Of a stretch of 64,000 nt of DNA, positions 7,528 to 17,201 are shown piece by piece. The stretch's first letter is position 1; every line of letters starts with the position of its first letter. This stretch comes from Candidatus Aminicenantales bacterium (GTDB lineage: Bacteria; Acidobacteriota; Aminicenantia; Aminicenantales; Saccharicenantaceae): assembly GCA_049513915.1 (NCBI GenBank), contig JBEKVN010000013.1:1655-65654 (forward strand), written 5' to 3'. Made by a program: the position numbers and the translations under genes. The notes under the pieces are model-generated. The model was not told where the DNA came from. It ran no database searches and saw only the letters and a list, made by a program, of their open reading frames with translations.

Positions 7528-8319
7528 CTAGCCGTTGCGTTTTTTTTTAATGGCTTCGCCGGTCATGGGCACGAAGCGGACCTCGAAAATCCTGCGGACG
7601 ACGGGCTTCCCGTTCGTTTTGGTGATGAGAGTCAGAGTCTGGTACGACCGGGAGTCGCCGAGCGGGACGACCAGACGGCCGCCCTCCGCCAGCTGCTCCA
7701 GGAGCCGCGGGGGGACGCTGTCGACCGCGCAAGTGACGATGATCGCGTCGAAGGGCGCTTGCTCCGGCCAGCCGAAAAAGCCGTCGCCGCTCCTGACCCG
7801 GACGTTTGCGTACCCCAGGCTTTCGAGCGTATCAGCGGCCCGCCGGGCCAGTCTTTCGTTAATCTCGATGGAATAAACGGAGGCCGCGAGGAGCGAGAGG
7901 ACCGCGGCCTGATAGCCCGAACCGGTTCCGATCTCGAGGACTTTGTCGCCCTTTCCGAGGGCCACGCTCTCGGTCATGACGGCCACGACGTACGGCTGGG
8001 AGATCGTCTGCCCCTCGCCGATCGGCAAGGGGAAATCTCCGTAAGCCTCGCTACGGAGCTGCGGGGGAATAAAAAGATGCCTCGGGACCGTCCGCAGGGC
8101 ATCGAGGATGGCGGGATCCCGGACGCCCCGGGCGGCCACCTGCTCCTTGACCATGGCGGCGCGTTTCGCGGCGAAGGGGTCTGCGGCAAGGCTCGCGGCC
8201 CGGCCCGGATCTCCGGGGCAGATGGAGAAAACCGCCCCTGCGGCAAACATGACCCAGAACGTTACCATGGCCGACAGGGACAGCCGGCCCGGGGGCTTTT
8301 CTTTAAGCCCATGCCTCAT
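7528..8319 (-). CDS. pcm: Protein-L-isoaspartate O-methyltransferase with an N-terminal hydrophobic extension
   Basis: VPRHLF, GQTISQPYVVA, VLEIGTGSGYQAA, GDGFFGWPEQAPFDAII, VRFVPM. Confidence 0.92.
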   Translation of the reverse strand: MRHGLKEKPPGRLSLSAMVTFWVMFAAGAVFSICPGDPGRAASLAADPFAAKRAAMVKEQVAARGVRDPAILDALRTVPRHLFIPPQLRSEAYGDFPLPIGEGQTISQPYVVAVMTESVALGKGDKVLEIGTGSGYQAAVLSLLAASVYSIEINERLARRAADTLESLGYANVRVRSGDGFFGWPEQAPFDAIIVTCAVDSVPPRLLEQLAEGGRLVVPLGDSRSYQTLTLITKTNGKPVVRRIFEVRFVPMTGEAIKKKRNG

Positions 8320-8732
8320 TTTTTCACCCCGGTGGATTCGTCTCAATCATTATCCCACACTGGACGCCCGCGGCCAAGATCCCACGTCCTCTCCGGGAAG
8401 GGCCGCCCCCGGCGCGCGTGATTCCCTCCTCTTGGGGGGGGAGAATATCATCCACGAAATCACCCGCGGGGATGATTGACCCCCGGCGGGGGTGATGAAA
8501 AATAGAGGGCGCGAGGAGAACGCCGAAACCTGAAGGGTATCTTGGAATGAGCCGGAAGGAGGTCTTCGTCGTCAGTATCTATGGGTGCTTTCCCGTATGC
8601 CAATTTTTGTCAAGGGGAGCGGGCCAGCCGGGCTTCATCCCTGATCGTCATCAAGAATATCCGTTGACAAGGTGATTAATTTTTGATAATTGGATGATAA
8701 GCCTTCATGAGGAACCCAACGCGAGATTGAAG

Positions 8733-9236
8733 ATGGAAAGTCGAGCCATATACCCGGGATCCTTCGATCCGATCACCAACGGACATGTGGACATCATCGA
8801 GCGCGGATTGAAGGTCTTCGATGAAATCGTCGTGGCCGTGCTGGAAAATCCCAAGAAAGCTCCCCTCTTTTCGACTAAAGAGAGGGTCGCCATGATCCGA
8901 GGAATTTTTGGCCTTCAAACGAACATCCGCGTCAAGTCGTTTCGCGGGTTGATGGTCGAGTTCGCCCGGGCGCAGAAAACCCGTGTCGTCATCCGCGGGC
9001 TCAGAGCCATCTCGGATTTCGAATACGAGCTCCAAATGGCCCTCATGAACCGCAACCTGGCGCCGGACATCGAGACCTTTTTCATGATGCCGAACGTGAG
9101 GTACTCCTTTCTCAGCTCGAACCTGGTCCGCGAGGTCGTCATGCTGGGCGGCTCCGTCGAGGACCTCGTGCCCGGGCAGGTGGCCCGGAGGCTTCACGAT
9201 AAGATCAAAAGATCAAAAAATCTCAAAATCTCATAA
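8733..9236 (+). CDS. coaD: Phosphopantetheine adenylyltransferase
   Basis: YPGSFDPITNGH, RGLRAISDFEYE, SSNLVRE. Confidence 0.96.
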   Translation: MESRAIYPGSFDPITNGHVDIIERGLKVFDEIVVAVLENPKKAPLFSTKERVAMIRGIFGLQTNIRVKSFRGLMVEFARAQKTRVVIRGLRAISDFEYELQMALMNRNLAPDIETFFMMPNVRYSFLSSNLVREVVMLGGSVEDLVPGQVARRLHDKIKRSKNLKIS

Positions 9237-9248
9237 AGGCGGGCAAAC

Positions 9249-10328
9249 ATGTTCGGAATCTCTCGCGAAAAAGGATTAGTCGGGTTGGACATCGGCTCCT
9301 ACTCCGTCAAGGCCGTCGAGCTCCGGGCGAAGGGCCGGGGTGACCACGCGACATACGAAGTCCTGAAGATCGGTTACGAGGCCCTCCCGCACGACGCGAT
9401 CGTCGAAGGGACGATCATCGATTCCGCGGCCGTCGTGGAGACGATCCGCCTGGTCTTCGACGAGAACAAATTCGCCAACAAGGATATCGGCATTTCCATT
9501 TCGGGGAATTCCGTCATCATCAAGAAGATCTCCCTTCCCATCATGGAGAAGCAGGAGCTGGCGGAGTCCATCATCTGGGAAGCCAAGCACAACATTCCTT
9601 ATCCCTACGAGGAAACGAACGTCGACTACGCGATCCTCAAGCCCTTCCGGGCCACGGACGACAAGAACCTGGACATCCTCCTCGTGGCCGCGAAGAAAGA
9701 CAAGATCGCCAACTACAGCAACGTCGTCAACCAGGCCCGGAAGAACCTCCAGAGCATCGAGGTCGACGTCTTCGCCCTCCAGAACGTCCTGGAGATCAAT
9801 TATCCCGAGATCTTCGCCGAAAAAACGGTGGCCCTGATCAACATCGGCGCCAACATCACCAACGTCGTCATCGTCGAGCGGGGAACGCCCCAGCTGTTCC
9901 GCGACCTGTCGCTCGGCGGGTTCTTCTTCACGGAGAACATGCGCAAGGAGCTCAATATCAGCTTTGAGGAAGCCGAGAAGCTCCTCAAGGGCATCCCCGG
10001 GAAAACGGTCACGGCCGACCAGTTCGCGACCGTCCTCTCCATGAACGTCCGGGACCTTCTCGATGAAATCGAGAAGACCTTCTCCTTCTACGAGGCCTCC
10101 GAGAAGCGGGAGCGCAAGATCGAGCAGATCTTCCTCAGCGGCGGCCTGGCCAACGTCCCGAACATGATGGGGGCCTTCGAGCAGAAGTTCCGGATCAAAA
10201 CCGAGATTCTCAACCCCTTCCGCGGCCTCCATATCGACGAAAACAAGTTCGATTCGATGTATTTCAACGAAATGGCACCCATCTTTGGCGTCGCCGTCGG
10301 ACTGGCGACCCGAAAGGCAGAGAAGTAA
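9249..10328 (+). CDS. pilM: Type IV pilus assembly protein PilM
   Basis: GLDIGSYSVKAVEL, actin-like fold motifs, LSGGLA, AVGLA. First gene of the pilMNOPQ array. Confidence 0.93.
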   Translation: MFGISREKGLVGLDIGSYSVKAVELRAKGRGDHATYEVLKIGYEALPHDAIVEGTIIDSAAVVETIRLVFDENKFANKDIGISISGNSVIIKKISLPIMEKQELAESIIWEAKHNIPYPYEETNVDYAILKPFRATDDKNLDILLVAAKKDKIANYSNVVNQARKNLQSIEVDVFALQNVLEINYPEIFAEKTVALINIGANITNVVIVERGTPQLFRDLSLGGFFFTENMRKELNISFEEAEKLLKGIPGKTVTADQFATVLSMNVRDLLDEIEKTFSFYEASEKRERKIEQIFLSGGLANVPNMMGAFEQKFRIKTEILNPFRGLHIDENKFDSMYFNEMAPIFGVAVGLATRKAEK

Positions 10329-10330
10329 CC

Positions 10331-10972
10331 ATGATACGGATCAACCTCTTAAAGCCTGAAACAAAGGACTTCAAGGAAGCGGCCGTTATGCCGGGGGCGC
10401 CGGAAGTCACGATCAAGAAATCGCCGAAGCTCGGCAGCCTGGTCTTCCTCCTTCTCGTCATCGGGCTCGGGGCGTTTGCCTACCTCCAGCAGCGGGCCTT
10501 CGACCGCGAGAACGAGCTCATGACCACGGCCAAACTGGAGAAGGAGAAGCTCCAGTACGTCACGGTCAAGCTGGATCAACAGAAGAAGCTCAAGGCCTCC
10601 CTGGAACGGAAGATCAACCTCATCAACGACCTCCGGACCCAGCAGGACCTGGCCGCCCGGATCATGGACCAGCTCAGCCGGAGCCTCCCGGACTGGGTCT
10701 GGCTCTCGGAAGTGACCTTTGACGCCAAGGGTCTCCTGATCAAGGGCAAGGCCCTGTCGAACCTCCTCATCACGGACTACATGACGAGCCTCGAGAGCAG
10801 CCCCGTTTTCATGAACGTCAGCCTGATCAACTCGACCCAGAAAAAAGCCCAGAGAAACGAGTACCTGGAGTTCTCGCTCAGCGCGTTGCCCAAAAAGAAG
10901 CCGGAGCCGGCGACGGCGGCCGCCAGCCCCGAACCCAAAGACAAGCCCGCCGCGAAGAAAAGGGGGAACTGA
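10331..10972 (+). CDS. pilN: Type IV pilus assembly protein PilN
   Basis: N-terminal INLL motif, TM segment, coiled coil, LPDWVWL. Confidence 0.92.
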   Translation: MIRINLLKPETKDFKEAAVMPGAPEVTIKKSPKLGSLVFLLLVIGLGAFAYLQQRAFDRENELMTTAKLEKEKLQYVTVKLDQQKKLKASLERKINLINDLRTQQDLAARIMDQLSRSLPDWVWLSEVTFDAKGLLIKGKALSNLLITDYMTSLESSPVFMNVSLINSTQKKAQRNEYLEFSLSALPKKKPEPATAAASPEPKDKPAAKKRGN

Positions 10973-11553
10973 TGAAAAACATGCCCTGGTACGGATCCGT
11001 TATCGTCGCCGTCATCATCTTCGCCCTCGCATTCTTCTTCTATTTCAGCCCCCAGAACGCCAAGCTCCAGGCCGTGAAGGCGGACAGGATCAAGATCGAG
11101 GCCGAAGTCAAGGACCTCAAACAGAAGAAGAAAGAGCTGGATAAGATCGAGGCCGAACTGGTCGTCATGACGGCCCAGCTCAAGGGCCTCGAGTCCATCA
11201 TCCCCCAGCGCAAGGAGCAGGCCGACATCCTGAGGCAGATCCAGCAGTTGGCCTACGACGCCCGGCTGGACGTGACGAATTTCACCCAGCAGAAAGAGGT
11301 CAACCGCGAGTTCTACGCGGAATGGCCGATCAACATCCAGGTCAGCGGGACATACCACAACCTGGGCACCTACTTCGACCGCCTGAGCCAGTATTCGCGG
11401 CTGTTCACGATCGAGAAGTTCTCGATCAAGGCCCTGAGCCGGCAGACGGACCTGTCGACGATCTCGGCCAACTGGACGGCCAAAACATATCTCTTCCTCG
11501 AGGAGCAACCGGCTCCCGCACCCAAACCCAAAGCCAAGAGGCCCGGACGATGA
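10972..11553 (+). CDS. pilO: Type IV pilus assembly protein PilO
   Basis: TM segment, coiled coil, FYAEWPINIQVSGTYHNLGTYF. Confidence 0.92.
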   Translation: MKNMPWYGSVIVAVIIFALAFFFYFSPQNAKLQAVKADRIKIEAEVKDLKQKKKELDKIEAELVVMTAQLKGLESIIPQRKEQADILRQIQQLAYDARLDVTNFTQQKEVNREFYAEWPINIQVSGTYHNLGTYFDRLSQYSRLFTIEKFSIKALSRQTDLSTISANWTAKTYLFLEEQPAPAPKPKAKRPGR

Positions 11554-11993
11554 AAAAAACCGCATCCGTTATTCTGGTCCTGAGTTTGATCGGACTCCTT
11601 CCTCTCCTCGCCCAGGAGAACCCGGCCAACCCGAAACCCGAGGAGAAGCCGGTCCTCCGGGCGACGAACCCGGTCGTGTACAACGCCGAAGGCCGGAGAG
11701 ACCCCTTCAAGGACCTCCTCGGAGGGGGTTCCGGTCCGGCCGCCAGCGAGGCCCAAGGCGCCATCGATGACCTGGTCCTGATCGGGATCATCAAGGCCAA
11801 AAAGGGCTTTACCGCCATCGTGGGAACAACCCAGGGCTTTCCCCGGTTCCTGAGCGTCGGCGACAAGGCCGCCGACGGCTATGTCCTGAGCATCAGCGCC
11901 GGCCAGGTTGTTTTCCGGAAAACCCATGAACGGGGGGTCCCGCTCATGAGACCGCGGGACGTCATCAAAGAAATCAATCCGGAGGAGCGTTAA
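11550..11993 (+). CDS. pilP: PilP-like pilus assembly protein
   Basis: Signal peptide and YNAEGRRDPF motif; lies between pilO and pilQ. ATG overlaps the pilO stop. No lipobox Cys seen. Confidence 0.75.
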   Translation: MKKTASVILVLSLIGLLPLLAQENPANPKPEEKPVLRATNPVVYNAEGRRDPFKDLLGGGSGPAASEAQGAIDDLVLIGIIKAKKGFTAIVGTTQGFPRFLSVGDKAADGYVLSISAGQVVFRKTHERGVPLMRPRDVIKEINPEER

Positions 11994-11994
11994 C

Positions 11995-14373
11995 ATGACA
12001 AAGAAATTCCTGCCACCCCTTTTCGCCTGTTTGTGTGTCCTTTCCCTCATCTTCCTGCACGCGGAAAGCACGGGCCCCGCCGTCAATATCAGCAAGATCC
12101 AGGTCCAGCCGGGCGCCCTGTCCACCAAGCTCGTGCTGGAAACGGAAGGCCAGCTCTCCGCCCCGAAAGCGTACTACCTGCCTGATGCCCCGCAGACGCT
12201 GGTCCTCGACCTGAGCCGGGCGAAGACGTCCGAAGCGCCTCTCGTGCCCTCCTCCGAATCCCAGTTCATCCGTGATATCCAAGTCCAGAAGTCGGGATCC
12301 CAGGATCTCCGTTTCGTGGTCCGGCTGAACGAGCGCGTCCCGATCCGCATCCGGGCCGACTCCGGCCGGACGGTCATCGAGCTCGCCAAGATCCAGCGGG
12401 GCCAGGGGAGCTACCTCATCGACTCCGAAACCCAGGCCCAGCTCGACCGGAGACCCAAGGGCGCAATCTTCCTGGACAAGATCGACTACTCCCAGGCCGC
12501 CGACCGGGTCTCGTTCCGGGCCCAGCTGAGCGACCAGGCCGTGGCCCAGGTCTTCGCCCTGGAGAACCCCTCGCGCCTCGTCGTTGACCTTTACGACACC
12601 GTCCTGACCGCAAAGGCCGACGTCTGGTCGATCGAGGGTCCCCAGACGACCGTCCAGAGGGCCCGCGTCGGGCAGTTCCAGCAGTCCAATCCCCGGCCGA
12701 TCACCCGGCTCGTCTTCGACCTCAAAGACCCCGGCGTGTATTCGCTGGATTCGGACAAAAACGGGCTCGTCGTATCCTTTTATAAGAACCTCCCCGCGGC
12801 CGCCGCGGAAGTGAAGGCGGCCCCGGTCCAGGAGCCTCCCGCCCAAACGCCGACTCCCAAGAAGGACGAGGCGCAGAAGACCGCTCCGGCCCCGGCCCCT
12901 GTCGTCGCACAGGAGGTCCAGAAGCCGGCGCCCGCCGCCAAGTTCGAGCCCCCGCCGGCCGGCGAAACCAAAGCCGAAGCGAAACTCGTCGCCAAGGCCG
13001 ACACGACGCAGCCTCCTCCCCCGCTGCAGGGGAACCCCGCGGCGCTCCAGGAAAAGAAAGCCGCCACCAGCCAGCAGGATAAGTTCAAACCCAAAACCAT
13101 CGCCGCGGAAGAAAACAATTACACCGGAGAGGTCCTCAGCCTGAAGTTCAAGGACGCGGACCTCCGGGACGTCATCCTCTACCTGGCCGAGTTCGCCAGC
13201 CTGAACGTCGTCTTCGATTCGGACGTGCGGGGCACCGTCACATGCAACCTCCAGGATGTCCCCTGGGACCAGGCCCTCGACCTCGTCCTCAAACAGAACA
13301 AAATGGGCCGGACGATCGAGGGGAACGTCCTCCGCATCGCCCCGATCAACGTCCTCACCCGCGAGCAGGACGAGGACCGGAAACTCCGGGAGAGCAAGGA
13401 GCTCGCCGGGCCCGTCCAGACCAAGACCTACCCCCTGTCCTATTCCAAGGTCAAGGACGTCGCCGCCCTTCTCAAGTCCAAGGTTTCCACCCGCGGCGAA
13501 ATGATCATCGACGAGCGGACCAATACGCTCCTGCTCACCGACGTCAAGGAAAAGCTGGACCTTATCGAGAAGCTCATCACCGTCGTCGACACGCCCACCC
13601 CCCAAGTGTCCATCGAAGCCCGGATCGTCGAGGCTTCGACGACGTTCACCCGCAACCTGGGTATCCAGTGGGGATTCCATGCCGTCGCCGATCCGTTCTA
13701 CGGCAACCAGACCTCCCTCCAGTTCCCCAACCGGATCGACGTCAACGGCGCCATGATCCCCCAGGGGATCCAGACCAAGGGGATCGGCGGACCGCTCGGC
13801 GGCTACGCCATCAACCTCCCGGCGCCGTCCTTCAGCACCGCCCTGGGGCTCTCGTTCGCCAACGTTCTCGACACCTTCCGCCTGGACGTCGCCCTGACGG
13901 CCCTGGAATCGAAGGGCGAGGGCAAGATCATCTCCCATCCGCAGATCACGACCCAGAACAATATGGAAGCCGACATCATCCAGGGCCGGCAGATCCCGGT
14001 CCAGACGGTGGCCAACTTCACCGTCACGACCCGGTACCAGAACGCGGCCCTGGAACTCAAGGCCACGCCGCAGATCACGGCCGAAGGCACGATCATCATG
14101 ACGGTCGAGATCACGAACAACGCGGCCGATTTCGCCAACCTCGTCAACGGCATCCCGCCCATCACGACCCAGAGCGCAAAGACGACGATCATGGTCCCGG
14201 ACGGCGGGACGGCGGTCATCGGCGGCATCTATAGGACTGAGGACTCGGTGACCCGGGAAAAAGTGCCGTTCCTGACTCAGATCCCCATTCTGGGAGGGCT
14301 CTTCAGGAACTTCGCCCGGACCAAGACAAGCCGCGAGCTCCTTATCTTCATCACCCCCAGGATCATTAAGTAA
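11995..14373 (+). CDS. pilQ: Type IV pilus secretin PilQ with N-terminal AMIN domains
   Basis: AMIN-like repeats (PQTLVLDL, PSRLVVDL), Pro/Ala linker, SLKFKDAD, VPWDQALD, QVSIEARIVE, VPFLTQIPILGGLF, ELLIFITPRII. Confidence 0.95.
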   Translation: MTKKFLPPLFACLCVLSLIFLHAESTGPAVNISKIQVQPGALSTKLVLETEGQLSAPKAYYLPDAPQTLVLDLSRAKTSEAPLVPSSESQFIRDIQVQKSGSQDLRFVVRLNERVPIRIRADSGRTVIELAKIQRGQGSYLIDSETQAQLDRRPKGAIFLDKIDYSQAADRVSFRAQLSDQAVAQVFALENPSRLVVDLYDTVLTAKADVWSIEGPQTTVQRARVGQFQQSNPRPITRLVFDLKDPGVYSLDSDKNGLVVSFYKNLPAAAAEVKAAPVQEPPAQTPTPKKDEAQKTAPAPAPVVAQEVQKPAPAAKFEPPPAGETKAEAKLVAKADTTQPPPPLQGNPAALQEKKAATSQQDKFKPKTIAAEENNYTGEVLSLKFKDADLRDVILYLAEFASLNVVFDSDVRGTVTCNLQDVPWDQALDLVLKQNKMGRTIEGNVLRIAPINVLTREQDEDRKLRESKELAGPVQTKTYPLSYSKVKDVAALLKSKVSTRGEMIIDERTNTLLLTDVKEKLDLIEKLITVVDTPTPQVSIEARIVEASTTFTRNLGIQWGFHAVADPFYGNQTSLQFPNRIDVNGAMIPQGIQTKGIGGPLGGYAINLPAPSFSTALGLSFANVLDTFRLDVALTALESKGEGKIISHPQITTQNNMEADIIQGRQIPVQTVANFTVTTRYQNAALELKATPQITAEGTIIMTVEITNNAADFANLVNGIPPITTQSAKTTIMVPDGGTAVIGGIYRTEDSVTREKVPFLTQIPILGGLFRNFARTKTSRELLIFITPRIIK

Positions 14374-14398
14374 CCAGGGACAGGAGAGGAGAATAACC

Positions 14399-14968
14399 AT
14401 GAAAAACACGGCATCGGCTCTCAAGATAATGGCCGTCCTCATGGGGTTTCTGGTTTTGAATGCCTGCAACCCCATCGAGAAGAACTCCGAATCGAGCAGC
14501 ATGCTGATCGTGGAGAGCATCACCGGGACAACTATCGACGGTGCGACCGCCATGCTTCTCGAATCGGACGTCTCGCTGACCACGTCCGATACAGCCTCGA
14601 TCACGCTCCAGGCCGCCCTCCTCGCGCCGGGGACGGGCGTCACGGGCCCGTCGCAGTATAACGACGTCACCCTGACGGGCTACAAGATCGACTACTTCCT
14701 GCCGGACGGCACGGGGACCGCCGGCGTCGACGTCCCGGCCTCCGTCGAAGGCACGAGCTCGTCTCTCCTCGTCAAGATCGGAGAGAGCAAGACCGTTTCC
14801 TTCGTCGCCGTCCTCAGCGGCGCTAAACTGGTGGCCCCCCTGGTCGGCCTGGTCGGCACGACGACCCGGCTCCAGATCGTGGCCCGCATCACCTTCGAGG
14901 GACACGACGGGACGAACCACCCGGTCAAGGCCACTGGGCAGCTGACCATTTTCTTCGGCGATTATTAA
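14399..14968 (+). CDS. Hypothetical lipoprotein, last gene of the pil operon
   Basis: Lipobox LVLNA-C, beta-strand-rich body, GGAG SD, followed by a terminator. Confidence 0.8.
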   Translation: MKNTASALKIMAVLMGFLVLNACNPIEKNSESSSMLIVESITGTTIDGATAMLLESDVSLTTSDTASITLQAALLAPGTGVTGPSQYNDVTLTGYKIDYFLPDGTGTAGVDVPASVEGTSSSLLVKIGESKTVSFVAVLSGAKLVAPLVGLVGTTTRLQIVARITFEGHDGTNHPVKATGQLTIFFGDY

Positions 14969-15000
14969 GGGACGCGTTCCAAACGGAGCACGGAATTCCC

Positions 15001-15034
15001 AGAGGCTTTCCCTTCGGGGAAAGCCTCTTTTTTT
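15001..15034 (+). terminator. Rho-independent terminator of the coaD-pil operon
   Basis: 12-bp stem agaggctttccc / gggaaagcctct, TTCG loop, T-run. Confidence 0.85.
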
Positions 15035-17201
15035 ATCCGAGGGGGGAATAGGAAAAAACCACGGATTTCTTGAGACGGATGCGCGGCAGGGATTCATCGA
15101 GGGCCCGGTCGATCGTCTCCCGCCGCGGCGCTTTCAGGATGAGCTGAACCCGGGAGACATCCCGGACCCGGACAACCGAGGCCAGCGCGGGGCCGAGGAC
15201 CTCGAGCGCCGGCTCGAACGTCCGGAGGATGGCCCGTAAGTCCCTCGATCTTCCGGCCAAGGTCCTCACATCGCGGCCCTCGAGCGTCAGCTCGGCCAGC
15301 GCCGCGAGCGGAGGATAATTCATCACCCGCCGGAATTCGATCTCCCGGTCATAGAATGACCGGTAATCCCGCGACGCGGCCGCCCGGATGCTGAAATGGA
15401 CCGGGGCCGGCGTCTGGACGACGACCTCGGACCCGGCCGCGGACTCACAGAACTCGGTCATCCGGGAGACGGCCTGGAAGGTCCGGTGGCTCCCGCGGTA
15501 GTCGGAGAAGGCCAGCAGCGTTTCCGGAGCCAGGATGCCCACCAGGCGAACCCTGGGGACCCCCGGCTGGTAGGCCAGGAGCTGGGTGCCGACGAGGACG
15601 GGAATCCGGCCCTTGGAAAACCGATGGATGATCTTCTCCCGTTCCTCGCGGCCGGGGGCCGTGTCACTGTCGAAACGGGCGATGGGAACGCCGGGCAGGA
15701 GCTTCTTGAGCTCCTCCTCGAGGGCCTGGGTTCCGGCTCCCCTTCTTAAGGTCAGGCGTCCGCCGCAGGCGGGGCAGCCGGCCCGGGCCTCGAGGGAGGC
15801 GCTGCAGTAATGGCAGACGAGCTCCTCTTCATTCTTGTGGTAAACAAGCGGGATGTCGCAGCGCCGGCACCGAGGGATGCGGCCGCAGGCGCCGCAGATC
15901 AGGGACGCCGCGTAGCCGCGCCGGTTGAGGAACAGGATAACCGGTTCGTCCCTTTTGAGGCTCTCCCGCACCCTGCGCTCGAGGTCCCGGGACAAGACCG
16001 GAGTCTCTGTTCGATGGTCGATCCAAGCGAGCCGGACGCCTTCGGTCTGGCCTCCGACGTCGATGAGCGAGCCCTCGCGCCCGGCCTGGTAAAAGCCCTC
16101 GACGGAGGGCCGCGGCGAGCCGAAGACCACGACCGCGTTCTCGGACCTGGCTCTCAGCCAGGCCCCGCGCCGGGCGTCGTACGCCGGGCTCTCGGACTGG
16201 ACGTAGGATTCCTCGTGCTCGTCATCCACAATGATCAGGCGGAGCGGCTTGAGATCCAGGAAGAGAGAGGAGCGTGTCCCCGCGGCTAACGTCGTTCGTC
16301 CGCTCGCGAGGCCCCGCCAGGCCGACTCCTTTTGTTTCTCGGTCATCCTCCCGTGGAAGACGGCGGCGGTCCGGCCGGTCTGGGCTTTAAAACCGGCCAC
16401 GAACTCGCGCGTCAGGGCGACCTCGGGGACGAGGACCAGGGCTTTTCCCGAGGACGCGGCCGCCCGGCGCAGGAGGTCCCGGTACGCGGCTTCGAGCGCC
16501 GGCCTGGAGCCGTGGAGGTAAAACGCGCCGAAGCGGGCTGCATCGATCGCCCGTTCCACGGGGGTTAAGAGGCCGGCGGGCTTTTGGGAATCGTCGAAAT
16601 CCAAGCGCAGCTGAGAGGGCCCGTCGGCGCGCGTCTCCTTCGCGGCCCGCGGCGGCCGGACCGGCGTTGTCCGGAGAGAAAGGAGACCTTTTCTTTCCAT
16701 GCGCGAAATGAGGGGGATGGCGTTTTCGAGGCCGGATTTCCGCCGCAGAAAAAGCGGGCTCCGCCCGGCCGGCTGGCTTTCGAGAAAGGAGGCAAGGGCG
16801 CGTTCCTTGGGTCCCAGTTTTTTCTCTCCGAGCGCCGCCCGGCCGGCGTCCGTCAGAAGGACGGTCACCTTGGACTTTTGGGCCAGGGACGGCGGGAGGG
16901 AGGCCTGGAGGAGCTCTCCCCAGGAGGAGCGGAATTCGGCGCTGAGGGCGCCCGTGAAGGATAGGAAACGTTCGTCCCAGAGGGGTTTTCCGTCGAGGAC
17001 CTCGATGATCTCCTTGACCCGGATGCCAGGGGCGGGAAGGTCGGCGCCGGCGGAGATGATAAACCCGCTCTGGTTCTTTTTGCCGAAGGGCGCCAGGACT
17101 CGGCACCCCGGCCGGGCTTTCTCCTGGAGGGGACCGGGCACCCCATACACAAAAGACTGGTCGAGGGGCAGGGGAAAAACAACGCGGACGAACACGCTCA
17201 T
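15033..17201 (-). CDS. priA: Primosomal protein N' (PriA) with degenerate helicase motifs
   Basis: 3'-binding domain (PGCRVLAPFG), LVPEVALT, GTRSSLF, FLNRRGY, intact 8-Cys Zn region, CTD (VLGPA). Walker A and motif VI are lost. Confidence 0.92.
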   Translation of the reverse strand: MSVFVRVVFPLPLDQSFVYGVPGPLQEKARPGCRVLAPFGKKNQSGFIISAGADLPAPGIRVKEIIEVLDGKPLWDERFLSFTGALSAEFRSSWGELLQASLPPSLAQKSKVTVLLTDAGRAALGEKKLGPKERALASFLESQPAGRSPLFLRRKSGLENAIPLISRMERKGLLSLRTTPVRPPRAAKETRADGPSQLRLDFDDSQKPAGLLTPVERAIDAARFGAFYLHGSRPALEAAYRDLLRRAAASSGKALVLVPEVALTREFVAGFKAQTGRTAAVFHGRMTEKQKESAWRGLASGRTTLAAGTRSSLFLDLKPLRLIIVDDEHEESYVQSESPAYDARRGAWLRARSENAVVVFGSPRPSVEGFYQAGREGSLIDVGGQTEGVRLAWIDHRTETPVLSRDLERRVRESLKRDEPVILFLNRRGYAASLICGACGRIPRCRRCDIPLVYHKNEEELVCHYCSASLEARAGCPACGGRLTLRRGAGTQALEEELKKLLPGVPIARFDSDTAPGREEREKIIHRFSKGRIPVLVGTQLLAYQPGVPRVRLVGILAPETLLAFSDYRGSHRTFQAVSRMTEFCESAAGSEVVVQTPAPVHFSIRAAASRDYRSFYDREIEFRRVMNYPPLAALAELTLEGRDVRTLAGRSRDLRAILRTFEPALEVLGPALASVVRVRDVSRVQLILKAPRRETIDRALDESLPRIRLKKSVVFSYSPLG

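Noticed and set aside
8345-8700. Fur-box-like GATAAT repeats and a sigma54-like TGGCA
   Set aside because: GATAAT at 8349-8354 is explained as the pcm -10 box (TTGGCC-17-GATAAT). There is no full 19-bp Fur palindrome, and the GG-GC spacing is 11 rather than 10.
12790-13080. Pro/Ala/Lys-rich low-complexity stretch in pilQ
   Set aside because: An ordinary flexible linker between the AMIN and secretin N domains.
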